A DNA stretch of 64,000 nucleotides from positions 2,311,181 to 2,375,180 of the forward strand of contig NW_003314265.1 in the NCBI RefSeq assembly GCF_000143415.4, given 5' to 3'. Both the position numbers and the translations under genes were made by a program. Numbering within the stretch: position 1 is the stretch's first letter; every line of letters starts with the position of its first letter. Below are positions 1 to 13,494 of the stretch, piece by piece. Origin of the DNA: Selaginella moellendorffii (taxonomy: Eukaryota > Plantae > Lycopodiophyta). Under the pieces are notes generated by a model. That model had not been told where the DNA came from. It ran no database searches and was given only the letters and a program-made list of their open reading frames with translations.

Positions 1-588
1 GCCACACTGCCACTAGATCGAGGCCCAAGGCCCGACCACTAAGTCCCACGGTCCTCTGGGACTTCCTCACCACACGACTATGTCCTTGGTCACTGCCCCA
101 GAGGACTGCTCCTCTTCCTTTCCACAGTCTGGGCCTTTGGGACAACATTTCGGAACACCGTGGCCTTACGTGAGCCACCTGGGTACTCTCCCCGCCTTCC
201 GCCTTTGGGTGCTCTAGCCATGGGCTTAGAGCAAGGTTCCATTGAGCCACGCTTGGTATCCAAGTAGGTAGTGCCACCCACACTTGGACTGGGAGCATTG
301 GCCAGTCGATCTCCCGGGGGAACTAGAGCCGGCTCTTGAACACTTCACCAAGCTACCCAGCTTGTCGGTCCGTGTTCACTCTAGTTTTGGACTTCCCAGT
401 GGTCAGCTCATCACCCAACACTGGGTCTGGCCTGCCTAGGCCAAACTGGCCTTTCCTGGCCAAACTGGCTCCACTGGGCTCCAACCCCCACACTCTCCCT
501 ACTATACTTTTGGAACCCCCCGCAGCCCCCCCCCCCCTTGGGGGACGATCGCTTTGGGCTTTCACCCCACTGCCTGTATTAGTATTCA

Positions 589-781
589 GACTCGGACTCG
601 GACTCGGACTCGGACTCGGTCTCGGTCCCGGATTTGGACTCGGACTCGGTCTCGGTCTCGGTCTCGATCTCGGTCTCGGTCCCGGTCCTGGTCTCAGTTC
701 CATCTCGGACTCCATATCGGACTCCACTTCGAGTTCATCTGGGACTCCATCTTGGGTCCGCCTTGGACTCCATCTCGGACA
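589..781. repeat. LTR-internal tandem array (GGACTC/GGTCTC hexamers then GGACTCCATCTC/GGGTCCATCTC 11-12-mers)
   Basis: Directly visible. Longer versions occur in the other three family-1 LTRs (6259-6680, 24155-24561, 30396-30878). Confidence 0.95.
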
Positions 782-1115
782 CTTCCACGTATTATGTGTT
801 GGACCTTTTGGGGCACTTTTTAGAGCATCGCTGATGGCTCGCTTCGTGCACATTCTTCGAGAATTTTGATGGGAGTTCCACTCCCACTCTCGACCTATCA
901 AGTCGGAGATTTTATTCCAAATGTGTTACGCATGTTTGGTTGTCGCTTCGGCCAATACCACGTGACACCCTTCCAACTCCACTTTGGTGCCTAGGGATTT
1001 TGTGTCTCACAACTCCCCCTCACAGAGACGAACTTGGATGTCCTCATCGAACGGTAAAGCAATTTATAAAGTAACTCCCGAATGTGTTACCATTTCCATC
1101 CTTGGCACCTAGCTA

Positions 1116-1246
1116 ATATTTGTCAATGGTGTGACATTGAAGGCTCACCATGCCTTCTCCATATTCGTCAATGGTTTGACATTAAAGGCTCACCATGCCT
1201 TTTGCATATTCCTCAATGGTTTGACACCAAAGGCTCACTATGCCTT
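1116..1246. repeat. 45-bp tandem repeat x3 near the PPT
   Basis: TCAATGGT(G/T)TGACA..AAGGCTCAC(C/T)ATGCCTT units start at 1123, 1168 and 1213; also in copy B at ~24897-25027. Confidence 0.9.
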
Positions 1247-4200
1247 GCCTATCCTCTAAGGAGGGCAGTCTCTCCAACTTAAAGACTGATTGGACCACAT
1301 GTAGTGGTTCTCTCCTTTTATTGGTTTAGTTCTCGCTAAACCTCTTAGAGACCCTTCTCTAAGTCAATCCCACTACTCCTTCTCGAGTAGTCTCAATTTC
1401 CATCTATTAAACGTTTGCACCTTGGAACTTTTACTCTTTTGACTTTTGGAAGTCAATTTCCTAGGTGTCTCCAACACCTTGCATTGCACAGATTGTGTAA
1501 CTCCATTTCCCCATCCTAGGAAGTTCATTACTTGAAGGCACCATCATCCTCTGTTCTATTTCGTGCCACCTTGGGCACTAAGTTCCATTTATCATACTTT
1601 GTACTAGGGCTGTCCATGGCCCTATCATTTGGCTACCTTATCGCTCCCTCCCTTGGAGCTTCCACTTTCGCCAAATCGGAGCAATTCGGAATCCATCTTT
1701 GGAAACACACTTCCTTTCCCGCAATTTATTAGCGTCCAACACATTAGTGTTCCTCGTCTAACTTTGTCACTTGGATTCCTTCCAAGGGATTCCACGGCCC
1801 TATCTTGGCCACTCATCTTTTGCTCCTATCCGTTGATTGTTGTACCAAGCAACATCAAATCTCTACTTCCCTCCTTGAGGTATTCTTTTGATTCCATAGC
1901 AAAGGCTCTGCTTTGCCAAGACTAGGGTGTTCACCCCTAATAAGTCTCTTTAGCATCTTCTGCTGTGGGCTCTATCCACGGCCCAACTTTGTGACCCTCC
2001 TATGGGTCTCTTTAGAGACTACTTTCCTTGGACACACTATGCCATCGCAATGACATAGCTCATTTCCCTAAGGTGCTTTTCCCACTTGGTCACCTTGACC
2101 AAGCCACACCATCATCAATAGTTCAAATCAACACTTTGAATTAGGAACCTTATTCCTTAACCCAAACAAGGACCTTGTCCTTATTTAGCCACAAGATCAC
2201 CTAATGATCTCACCTCGGCACCTTAATAGGTTTGCCAATAGGTACTAGGTCTTCTAGACCTTTAACTTGTTAACTACGACCCCGGGGACATCCCCCACAC
2301 TTGGCAGTGCGCCCAAGCCAGCCCTTTCGTCCAAGGGTCCATAGCAACTGAGACTGGGTGTCCCCATCTCATTCACCACATCCTTGGTATCACTAGCACC
2401 AAAGTGTTCAAGTTAGATATGCTGAGCCACACTAAGCAATCTAACTGTGCATCACGACTTCGGGGCATCCCCCGCTTGGCGGTGTGCCCAAGCCAATATC
2501 CTCATTGAGAGTCCATGACCACCGAAATATGAGTGTCCTCATATTCCAAACCATCACCACGCCCTAGTGATTTGGGACTCGAACCCAAGCACTAGAGGGT
2601 CGGGACTCGAACCCAACCTCCGTATATGCATCTACGGACAGCATCACCTAGGATGCCTGGCGTGACTCCCCACGCCAGTGCACCAACTTATACTTAAAGC
2701 GCGCTATAGATCACAGCTTAGGAACCTAGTTCCTCCCCACTGCCAAGTTCTCTCACTTGACAAGCCTGTGATCATGCATGGACTCCTCCATGTTTGGCCC
2801 CATGGCCCACCCTTTTTGAAGTTATCACCTTCAACTAGGGTATTTGTTCCCCTGACTTGCCAATCTCGCTTTGGCAAGTCCTTCGACCACTGTAACATGG
2901 TTTCTGCACAAGCGTGAAAGCCCTTGATCATCGACTTTTGTTCAAAGCCTTCTCTTTGAACACTCGGGAACTACTTCCCTAACCTTGATAGCCTTGCCTC
3001 ATGGCAAGCTTCAAGACCATGCTTCTGCTATGCCACTCTAATTTCGCGCGTTCCTTGAACTATTTATGCTTGGCCTTTCTAGGTACTAAGCTACCTAGAA
3101 TCCTCTTTGGAACCGTGAGGAACTCTGTCCCTTTAGCTGTTATGGGCCCTATTTTTTGCAAGCTTTCCAATTACCATATAGTCTAACATGGACAATTCCA
3201 TATTTTAGACTCTCCATGGCATCACGGTTGCTAGCGGCAACACCCTCGAGCCCCCACTTGATTCTCCACTCCCAGCTGGCATAACCAACCTTGGTTATGC
3301 CCTTCGATTCCTATGGTTCGGTTCTATCCCCTTACTTCTTGCTTTTTGCTTCACACCTTTCCTTCGGTCATTCTCCTCCAGACCAGGAGGATAGCTTTGC
3401 ACTTTCTATCATGCCTTAGCAAGTATTCTTAGGGATGAACCTACCCGATAGCCTAGGGAGTGGTTCCTCAATCTAGGTATGCTCACCCTATAATCCCACA
3501 CACCAGGATTTCGTTGTTGTTTATGGGCCTTTGCATGCCCATCGCTAGCCTTGCCAAAATTCCATTTTTGGCTTTGTCCAATTCGAGTAGATAGTCTTCT
3601 CCTGTCTCCACCACTTTGGACATTTGGATAGCACCTACTATCCATCATTCGCTAGGGACTTAGTCCCTTGGGCCTTATCTACTGCCCTCGCGACATCAAA
3701 CACCACCTCCTGGTGTTCTAGAGTTTTCGGGTGTCCCAATGACGGCTTCCTTGATAATGAGTATTTCCTTTTATGATATTGACTTACTATATCGCAACAT
3801 AAGCAACTTATCCCCCGTAAGGGTATATCCAACTTCCCTATGCCATTAAGAAAGCTTGGGTAGCTACCTTCTACCTGTTTAACCAATTATTTTGCACCTT
3901 TTGCTTAGTTGCCTCGTAGTTGTCAAGTCCTACAACTCATTGCTGGTGCTTCCACACCTCCATCATTATCTGGGTCACCACACTCTAACTGCATGCTCTG
4001 CAGCTTAGGCTATGCCATTCCCATTTCTATTGGGATTCCTTTGGCAAGGGGTTCTCATGAACCCACCAACATAGCCTCAAGGTATCACACCTTGGCACAT
4101 TTGGTGTCTCCACACCATCGGCTCTATGAGCCTACCTCTATGACATTTCATCTTTGTGTCTAAGTCTTTGCCAAGACCAATACCACTCTTTCTCATGCCA

Positions 4201-6914
4201 ACCATCCATTAGCACTGCATCATAGAGGTCACACACAACTTTGTGTCAAAGTTGTTTTCTTTTTGGGAACACCTTTCCCACGACTTTAGCATGGCACATT
4301 TTGCCATCGATGAGATACCCTTTATTCTCATCCTTGGATCCTATGATCCCCCCCCATCCTTTGTGGGGTACAATACACCTTAGTCTAGATGCTTCCATCA
4401 GTCCTTTTAGGACCATCCCTTGACTCTACTTGAGTCATCCAACAGTTTTGGACTTGGTTAATCCACAGACTCGTAAGGTCCTACTTGTGAGGCACTAGCT
4501 CACTGGAATACACTTTTTGCATTCCTGTCCTACTCAAAAGGACTATTTTCACAAGTGTTACTCTGACACTTGATTTTGTTCTCTGGGGGCAACCTTTGCC
4601 CCTTAGGACTACTTGTCCATGCGATGAGAATACCAACTCATCTCTAAGTACACCCCCCAACTCCTTGGGTTGTTCCAGCATTTATTAAAGGTAGCCCCGG
4701 CTACCATTTCAAGGACTTGTGTCCTCTTCCGTATTTGACCTCCCACGGTCATTACCTCTGGTCTCACATTCATGAACACCAACCTCAACTATATGAGGAT
4801 AATCTTGTGACTCCTTTATTGTTTTGGAGTCTACATCTTTCCCGTGATCCCAACTATAGTTGTTTATCACAACTACGTTAGCCCGTTTGCTGCGTCAAAT
4901 GCTCATTTTGATCACATCCTCAGCTCTCTGTGGAGACCTTATACTGTTCCCAAGATCCCAAAGTCGTTCCATTATTAGCCCTTTTCTATCCACCACATTG
5001 TGCCCAAGTTCACACATGAACTTGAGTGGAGAGCCATGTCCTCTCGACATGCTACTCCTCAAGGATAGGCCCACTCCTAGGACCTTCCGATGCCAACATC
5101 AATGGTGATATACTTGAGCACCAATAAAAGTCGGACTAAGGAACAGCTCTGATACCAAATTGTAAGCGACTAAATTTTCCATTCTACTTTAGTCACTTAA
5201 CCACTTGGAGGAGTCTCATTCACAACCTCCATAAGTCCAATTCCAGACTTGGGACTTGCTAGTCCCGAAAATGGCATCCATGCCACTCAACATTTGCACT
5301 TGGTCCAAGTGCTCCACGTGTCCGATCCCATGACCGACACTCAAAGGTACCACCGACATGGCAGCTTGTTACGCTAAGGCCATGCCCAATCACCTTTGCC
5401 ACACTGGTAGTCCAATACCACTTGCATCACAATCTTGGCTCTCCAAGACTAGGCAAACCATCTGTGAGTGGTCATCTCAGATCCACTCCTTAGCATCCTT
5501 AGGATGCCCACCGACAAGGGGAATAGCATTCCCCAATATTCCTCTGTCAGTCCCCATTAAGTCCCTTTCTGCCCTTGGCCGTGTTTGCCAACACTGCCAC
5601 TGGATCGAGGCCCATAGGCCCGACCACTAAGTCCCACGGTCCTCTGGGACTTCCTCACCACACGATTGTGTCCTTGGTCACTGCCCCAGAGGACTGCTCC
5701 TCTTCCTTTCCACAGTCTGGGCCTTTGGGACAACATTTCGGAACACCGTGGCCTTACGCGAGCCACCTGGGTACTCTCCCCGCCTTCCGCCTTTGGGTGC
5801 TCTAGCCATGGGCTTAGAGCGAGGTTCCGTTGAGCCACGCCTGGTATCCAAGTAGGTAGTGCCACCCACACTTGGACTGCGAGCATCAGCCAGTCGATCT
5901 CCCGAGGGAACTAGAGCCGGCTCTTGAACACTTCACCAAGCTACCCAGCTTGTCGGTCCGTGTTCACTCTAGTTTTGGACTTCCCAGTGGTCAGCTCATC
6001 ACCTAACACTGGGTCTAGCCTGCCTGGGCCAAACTGGCCTTTCCTGGCCAAACTGGCTCCACTGGGCTCGAACCCCCATACTCTCCCTACTATACTTTTG
6101 GAGCNNNNNNNNNNNNNNNNNNNNNNNNNNNNNNNNNNNNNNNNNNNNNNNNNNNNNNNNNNNNNNNNNNNNNNNNNNNNNNNNNNNNNNNNNNNNNNNN
6201 NNNNNNNNNNNNNNNNNNNNNNNNNNNNNNNNNNNNNNNNNNNNNNNNNNNNNNNNNNGGGACTCGGACTCGGTCTCGGTCTAGGTTTTGGTCTCAGTCT
6301 CGGTCCCAGTCCCGGTCTCGGTTCCATCTCGGACTCCATCTCGGACTCCACCTCGGGTCCATCTCAGACTCCACCTCGGGTCCATCTCGGACTCCACCTC
6401 AGGTCCATCTCGGACTCCATCTTGGGTCCATCTCGGACTCCATCTCGGGTCCATCTCGGACTCCATCTCGGTCCATCTTGGACTCCATCTCGGACTCCAT
6501 ATCGGACTCCCTTTCGGACTCCATCTCGGACTCCATATCGGACTCCATTTCGGGTCCATCTTGGACTCCATCTCGGACTCTATATCGGACTTCACTTCGG
6601 GTCCATCTCAGACTCCATATCGGACTCCACTTCGGGTCTATCTCGGACTCCATCTTGGGTCCACCTCGGACTCCATCTCAGACACTTCCACGTGTCATGT
6701 GTTGGTCCTTTCGGGTCCCTTTTTAGAGCCTCGCTGATAGCTCACTTCGTGCTCATTCCTCGAGCACTTTGTTGGGAGTTCCACTCCCACTCTCGACCTT
6801 TCAAGTCGGAGCTTTTAGTCCAAACGTGTTACGCTCGTTTGGTTTTCGCTTCGGCCACTACCACGTGGCGCCCTTCTAGCTCCACTTTGGGGCCTAGGGA
6901 TTTTGTGTCTCACA

Positions 6915-9900
6915 ATAAACCTTTGAAGTAATGACATGGGTGTTGCTCATGGTGTTGCTCAATTGATGATCAAATCATTGTGATACTTATATCATATCCA
7001 TGTGATAGTGAGTAATGTGTTTACGAAGTTGCTTGGTTAAACGATGATCAACCCCAAAGTGGTTGATAGTGAAGCTAGTCTATTTGCACGTAATAGCATT
7101 GTAGTAGCTTTGACTAGATTCTCGATAGTGGTCCATTATGCTAAGCTTAAGTTGGTTCCTTGTTCCTTGAGGGTTTGCCTATAAAGTGTTGGAAAAGGTT
7201 ATAGCATTCTCTTGGTATAACTTGTCAGTTGATGCATTAGCACTTGGAGTAGATTGTTGGATGGAGAAAGTGTGTAGTTGAGGCATTGACATTGCTAGCA
7301 CTTGTGTTAGTGGAAGTGGCATTGTTCTTCAAGTGATAAGGAATTTTCCTTAGAGCTTGATTTTCCATGTCATTTTTCTTGTTAGTGTTTTGGCTTTACA
7401 TTGGATCTTGAAGGTGGTTGAAGAAAAGTGTTAGTGCAATATGGATATTTGAAGATGTGGTCTTTGTGATTAAGCCTTGGATGTTCACTTTGCATTTTGC
7501 AGATGTCGGAGTTGGATGTCGGAAGTATGGGCAAAGATGTTCGATGCTTAAGCATACTATGAGTCATGAGAATTTGTGTTGAGGTGAACCTATGTGAAGT
7601 TGTTAGTAGAAGGAAGTTGGTTGAGTATTGAAAGTTTGCATTCCTAGATTGAGAGTCATTCTTTCTCTAGGATGGAAAATTTTTCAACAAATTTTCTTAG
7701 ACTTTTCCAATGGCTGATCTGTTGATCACTTTGCCGGAAAACCATTCCATTTTCGTAAGCCAGTACAAACTAGTAAAGGGGTTGGAGTTGACTTTGGTTG
7801 GCTTAGACCTTAGTAAGTAGTTTGTATGATACAACCCGAAAAGGGATGCTGACTTTTAGAGCTAAGGCAATTGAGCTGGATAGAGTCTGGAGTTGGTATA
7901 GAAAAGTGGCTGTTGCGCTTTTCTAAGAAGGGTGACCCTTGTGCCTTTCTTTTGTAGCATTATGCTTGGTGGTAGATTGCACCTTACATTTTGTTAAGAC
8001 TCTATGAGAGTAGTGAGCTTTCACTGATCTTGACTTGGTCTTGGTGGTCCTGCGCCTTGGCTAAGGATGGTGATGTCCAACTTAGTTTTTCTAGGTTGAG
8101 ATGTTGGTACCCGTACTATAGCTTTGTTTATGAGGAGGTTGTGTACCGATATGAGCTCATCTCATGGTCTTCACTTTAGTTTCGGCTGAGTGTTGATCAT
8201 GCATAGCTAGCCTCTTCAAAACATGGTCAGAGCTATTGCCTAAATGCATTAGTGAGCTTATTGCAGTTGAGTTGGATTCGAGTGGTCATTTAGTCTGTGC
8301 TTGTCCATGAACCTTTATCTTAGTCTGTGATTTACCATAGGATAACACCACGAAGCGGAACCTAACCCTCTTTGTGCCACGTGATAGATGCCACGTGTCA
8401 CATGCCACATATCCATAGGAACCCAAGGTTTAGGGCCTTGGGCCACTGAATGAAGGAATGGTGCCAAACTCCCAAGCACGAAGCCAAGGAGTGATGGAAC
8501 CGAGCCACGGAGCAACTCTTGAGCATAAAGCCCAAGGAGCGAAGGGACAGAAGCCCGGAGCGATTTGGAACAGTCCTAGAGTAACCAGCATCCCAATGCC
8601 AGGACTAGCACGCAAAATGGAGCCAAACGGAGTCTGGCGTTATTTCGGCATACTGGTGGCCTAATGCGAGGACATGGGTACTCCACTAGCTAGCATGGAA
8701 TGGAACTTGGGCTTAGACCCAAGCCAGACGCAGAACAAGGATAGGCATGCAAGTGGGAGCTAGACTATGCCTCAGGTTGGTTGGCCATGCCCGACCTACC
8801 CACTATCACAGCCCCCCCCCCCCCCTTGAGGAACACACGCTTTGGGCTTTCACCCCAAGCCTCCCTTAGTATCAGGAGTTAGTCTCTGGAACAAGCTCGA
8901 AACTTACTAAATATAGAATGGCGCTAAATTGCGAATTTGGATACGGGACAAACACCATTGTGTTCAGGCCGATCTCTACATTCCGTAGATATGCCAAATG
9001 AGCAAATCTGGACACTTTCCATAAATAGCATTTGGGACCAAAATGAGACCAACACAAAGGGCATGATAGCAAGGGTGTTTGGCAAACACAGTAAGCTATC
9101 ATGTAGTGATATTGAGGGACCAATCTCAATATGCGAGGGTTTTTGTCACTAGCAAGTGCAAGACATAACGAGACGGGAACTCCTTACCGGGCTAAGTATG
9201 CTTAGCTAATAACACGTAAGAATTCCGTCCTTATGCTCGTCCGGTCTAAGTACACTCGAAATGCCCAGTTAACTCCACTAGCACAAGAGGGACTAATGCC
9301 GACTGATACCGACCTCCTGCCATCGTGGCAGTAAGGTAAGAGTGTCCGTAAGGACTGGTCGATAGATAACTTTTGATACCCGAAGTCACATTCGCGACAC
9401 TCTCCCCCCCTAGGGAAGATCGACATCCTCATCGATGCATACTCGAGTCTAGAATACCGCCAAGGAAACAACTCCAGAAAAAGTTCACGGTACTCACACT
9501 ATGTGAGAAATGCACCAACTTAAATGAGTTAGGGGTAACCTCTTTGTCTAACGTGGATGCGCTACCAGCTCAGACACCTTCCGGCCGTTGCCGACAAGGA
9601 AATGACCAACGGAGTCAGCCACCCTTGCTGCTCTGGGAGTCACCTAGCTTACAAAAGTGTGATATGCCCTACCCGCAGAGACATAGAGAGAGGAGCCAGA
9701 GGCCCCAACCCTCCTGAGCAAAGAAACCAAACCCGTCGGTAAGGTTTAGATAGACTACTGTAAACAGGTAGTTAGAGTTGTTTACACGGTCACGCCCTTT
9801 TAACGGAATAAGGAACATTGACAGAGAGGCGAGTTATGTGACCAGTCGACAGTAGCTACCCCATGACTAAAGATTTCAACATGCACACGAAGTGCCGAAA

Positions 9901-12900
9901 CCAGTCTGCCTATACTAGCCCAAACTCAAAGATCAATACATGGACAATATCAAAGTCATAGACAATGATATCTTAGAGACTTAATTATCAGTGATTAAAT
10001 CTTATATTAGAACACAAAAGTATTCCAAGTAAGGTATCATCTGATAAACTAGTAGTATAGTACAGAACCACCAAGATCATTATTTTTGGTAAACATAGGA
10101 ATCACCATCCAACAAAATTCAATAGTAAGTATATCATCAAGAAAACTCAATGATGAAACTTCACTATCGAAGATGACAGACAGTATGCCAAACAGCTTAT
10201 TAAAGATAACTCAAAGAACACAAAGTATCATTGATTGACAAACATAATGCTCGCGAATGTATCACCTGAAGGAAATAACACCCTAATCTATCAGAACTAA
10301 CTCGAGTAATAATTAACAGAACAGAATGAATGTGGTAAAACCAACAAACACCCATTCATGCCAACTATCACAGAAGCCAATCTGAACAGATCTCGGTCAA
10401 CAATACCAAGGAACTAGAGTTGCTCAAGCAAGTGTTAGCAACATCCTACTGATGTTTCAAACCCAAGAGACCAATCCAAAGCAAACCACAAAGAACATGT
10501 GGTAATGCAAAAAGCCATAAGCTATCAAAGAGAATAACTAACTATCATGAAAAATCATCAATCATCCCATCAATACAGTGATGCATAATCATTGTCGAAG
10601 AAAGAATCTACCATCCCGAAGAATGATAAATCATTCTATATCAACAATAATCAAACAAAACCTTTTTGACAAGAATAATCAACTATCCTAAACAATAGTC
10701 AACCATCACCAATGATTGCCAAATGCAAAAGCTAACTTCAATATCGAAGCTAATGAGCCAAAATGCCTTCCCCAACAACTTTTAACAAATGGACCACAAG
10801 TACGAAAACTTAAGTCGCCAAAAGCTCGAAGAAACCTATAGCCAAGTCTTGCCTAACAATGATCACAAGTCTTGCATGAACTAACTTCAATGCTAAAGAA
10901 GAAATCATGGTGTAACCCACAATATCCTTCTCAACACATCTATAAGCTAAACTTCATAATGCTAAAGCTAATGAAGAGCATGTCTGCATCAATCCAAAAG
11001 CTAAACATAACAAAGTTATGCTCAACAAGTGATCACCAAATGATCCTCCATGAATCCATCTATAGCAAGACGTAACTCACTTCATAACAAGCACAAGAAG
11101 ACTCATCAATGATTGATATATTCCAACTCAAATCCAACAAGGATTCAAACTTTCCAATATCGATCACTAACTCTTCCACTTGTAGAGTTAACATAGTCCA
11201 CGACTGAATCACTTTTCAAGGAAAAGCCAAAGTTTAACCCCTACTAAATAATCTCGTCTAGAACACAATTAACTCAAACTTGCCATTTAGTTCGTTTGAA
11301 CGTCAACACAGTTGCTAACTAGCAAATGCATGAATGCCAACAATATAAAGCTACAACCAAATTATCAACACTATCTTTATCGAGACTAATGAAACTCAAT
11401 ATCAATCGAGAGAGAGATATCTCATTTCACTTGAATCTTAACATCAATATTGTCAATGGCAAGGCATCACTTCAATGTCATCAACTCCATAAAAACGTTA
11501 AAAGAAAGCACAAGTGAATCACCACCCAAAACTCTCTAGCAACTAAGCTAACCAAAGTCGAAGATACTTTACTCAGTATCTAAGACTAATCCTTCAACAA
11601 TACTCAGCTACAGATAACACATCATCAAGGAGTGATTCACCACGTCCAAGACTCAATGAAATCCAACACTACGAACTAAACACAATCAAATGATATCGAC
11701 GGAGGTATAGTCATTATGTCAACATGGAAAACCCATGCAAGTTTAACAACACGATCCTCCGCAACACCATCCGGTAAAGCAAGCCCACCATTGCTAAATG
11801 TTCAACGAGTGAAGCAAGTGTCAAAAGTCCTTGACGAAGTCTACAAGTAATCACTAGTTGCAAAGCAACGAACAATCACTCTTCAACTTGCCTTCACAAG
11901 ACCCAAACACTAAACTCTTGCCATTGAGTCATATACTTATCCAACATAAACGTTATACCCCAAATATGAGATAAAGGTTCATGGACAAGCACAGACTAAA
12001 TGACCACTCGAATCCAACTCAACCGCAATAAGCTCACTAATGCATTTAGGCAATAGCTCTGACCATGTTTAGAAGAGGCTAGCTATGCATGATCAACACT
12101 CAGCCGAAACTAAAGTAAAGACCATGAGATAAACTTATATCGGTACACAACCTCCTCATAAACAAAGCTATAGTACGGGTACCAACATCTCAACCTCGAA
12201 CAACTAAGTTGGACATCACCCATCCTTAGCCAAGGCGCAGGACCACCAAGACCAAGTCAAGATCAGTGAGAGCTCACTACTCTCATAGAGTCTTAACAAA
12301 ATGCAAGGTGCAATTTGCCACCAAGCATAATGCTACAAAAGAAAGGCACAAGGGTCACCCTTCTTAGAAAAGCGCAACAGCCACTTTTCTATACCAATTC
12401 CAGACTCTATCCAACTCAATTGCCTTAGCTCCAAAAGTCAGCATCCCTTTTCGGGTCGCATCATACAAACTACTTACTAAGGTCTAAGCCAACCAAAGTC
12501 AACTCCAACCCCTTCACTAGTTTGTACTGGCTTACGAAAACGGAATGGTTTTCGGGCAAAGCCATTGGAAAAGTCTAAGAAAATTTGTGGAAAAATTTTC
12601 CATCCTAGAGAAAGAATGACTCTCAATCTAGGAATGCAAACTTTCAAGACGCAACCAACTTCCTTCTACTAACAACTTCACATAGGTTCACCTCAACACA
12701 AATTCTCATGACTCATAGTATGCTTAAGCATTGAACATCTTTGCCCATACTTCCGACATCCAACTTCGACATCCACAAAATGCAAAGTGAACATCCAAGG
12801 CTTGATCACAAATACCACATCTTCAGATATCCTAGGGGGGGAGAGTGTCACGAATGTGACTTCGGGTATCGAAAGTTACCTGTCGACCAGTCCTTACGGA

Positions 12901-13468
12901 TACTCTTACTTTACTGCCACGTGTGTTCCTCAAGAGGGGGGGGGGGAGGGGGGGGGGGGCTGTGGGGGGTTCCAAATGTATAGTAGGGATAGTGGGTAGG
13001 TCGAGCATGGCCGACCAACCTGAGGCATATTCTAGCTCCCGCTTGCGTGCCTATCCTTGTTCTGTGTCCGGCTTGGGTCTAAGCCCAAGTTCCATTCCAT
13101 GCTAGCTGGTGGAATACCCATGTCCTCGTGTTAGGCCACCGGTATGCCGAAAGAACGCCAGACTCCGTTTGGCTCCATTTTGCGTGCTAGTCCTGGCATT
13201 GGGATGCTGGTTACTCTAGGACTGTTCCAAGTCGCTTCGGGCTCCTGTCCCTTTGCTCCTTGGGCTTTATGCTCGGGAGTTGCTCTGTGGCTCGGTTCCG
13301 TCACTCCTTGGCTTCGTGCTTGGGAGTTTGGCACCGTTCCTTCGTTCAGTGGCCCAAGGCTCTGAACCTCGGGTTCCTATGGACACATGGCATGTGACAT
13401 GTGGCATCTGTCACGTGGCACAAAGAGGGTTAGGTTCCGCTTCGTGGTGCTATCCTATGGTAAATCAC
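6915..13468. mobile_element. Rearranged LTR retrotransposon, family 2, copy A (two inverted LTRs, decayed internal region)
   Basis: Minus-oriented LTR 8326-9399 and plus-oriented LTR 12846-13468 (~0.5 kb internal deletion). Each is preceded on its own strand by the PPT TAGGGGGGGAGAG. 7443-8320 is the reverse complement of ~11968-12832. No intact ORF and no PBS seen. Confidence 0.8.
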
Positions 13469-13494
13469 CATAGGATAAAGGGTCAAAACCATGT

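Larger units (their letters stand above)
1..6914 (-). mobile_element. Non-autonomous LTR retrotransposon, family 1, copy A (3' LTR cut by the window edge)
   Basis: LTRs at <1-1011 and 5161-6914 (TGTAAG...TCTCACA). The minus strand has a Met-tRNA PBS TGGTATCAGAGC next to 5161 and a PPT GAGGGGGAGT next to 1011. The 4.1-kb internal region has no long ORF. N gap at 6105-6258. Confidence 0.9.

Noticed and set aside
336-901. Long ORFs with GLGLG/SISDS/SRTP repeats (also 5924-6931, 23948-24894, 30191-31127)
   Set aside because: By-products of the stop-free LTR minisatellite; open in most frames on both strands.
3105-3160. Local cluster of A/B differences
   Set aside because: A run of small indels like this looks like a low-quality read segment rather than biology.
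1012-5160. gag-pol annotation of the family-1 (and family-2) internal regions
   Set aside because: No convincing RT, RNase H or integrase motifs could be read; superfamily left unassigned.
8326-13468. DIRS-type element with inverted terminal repeats
   Set aside because: The repeats have TG starts and PPTs typical of ordinary LTRs; no tyrosine recombinase or ICR seen.
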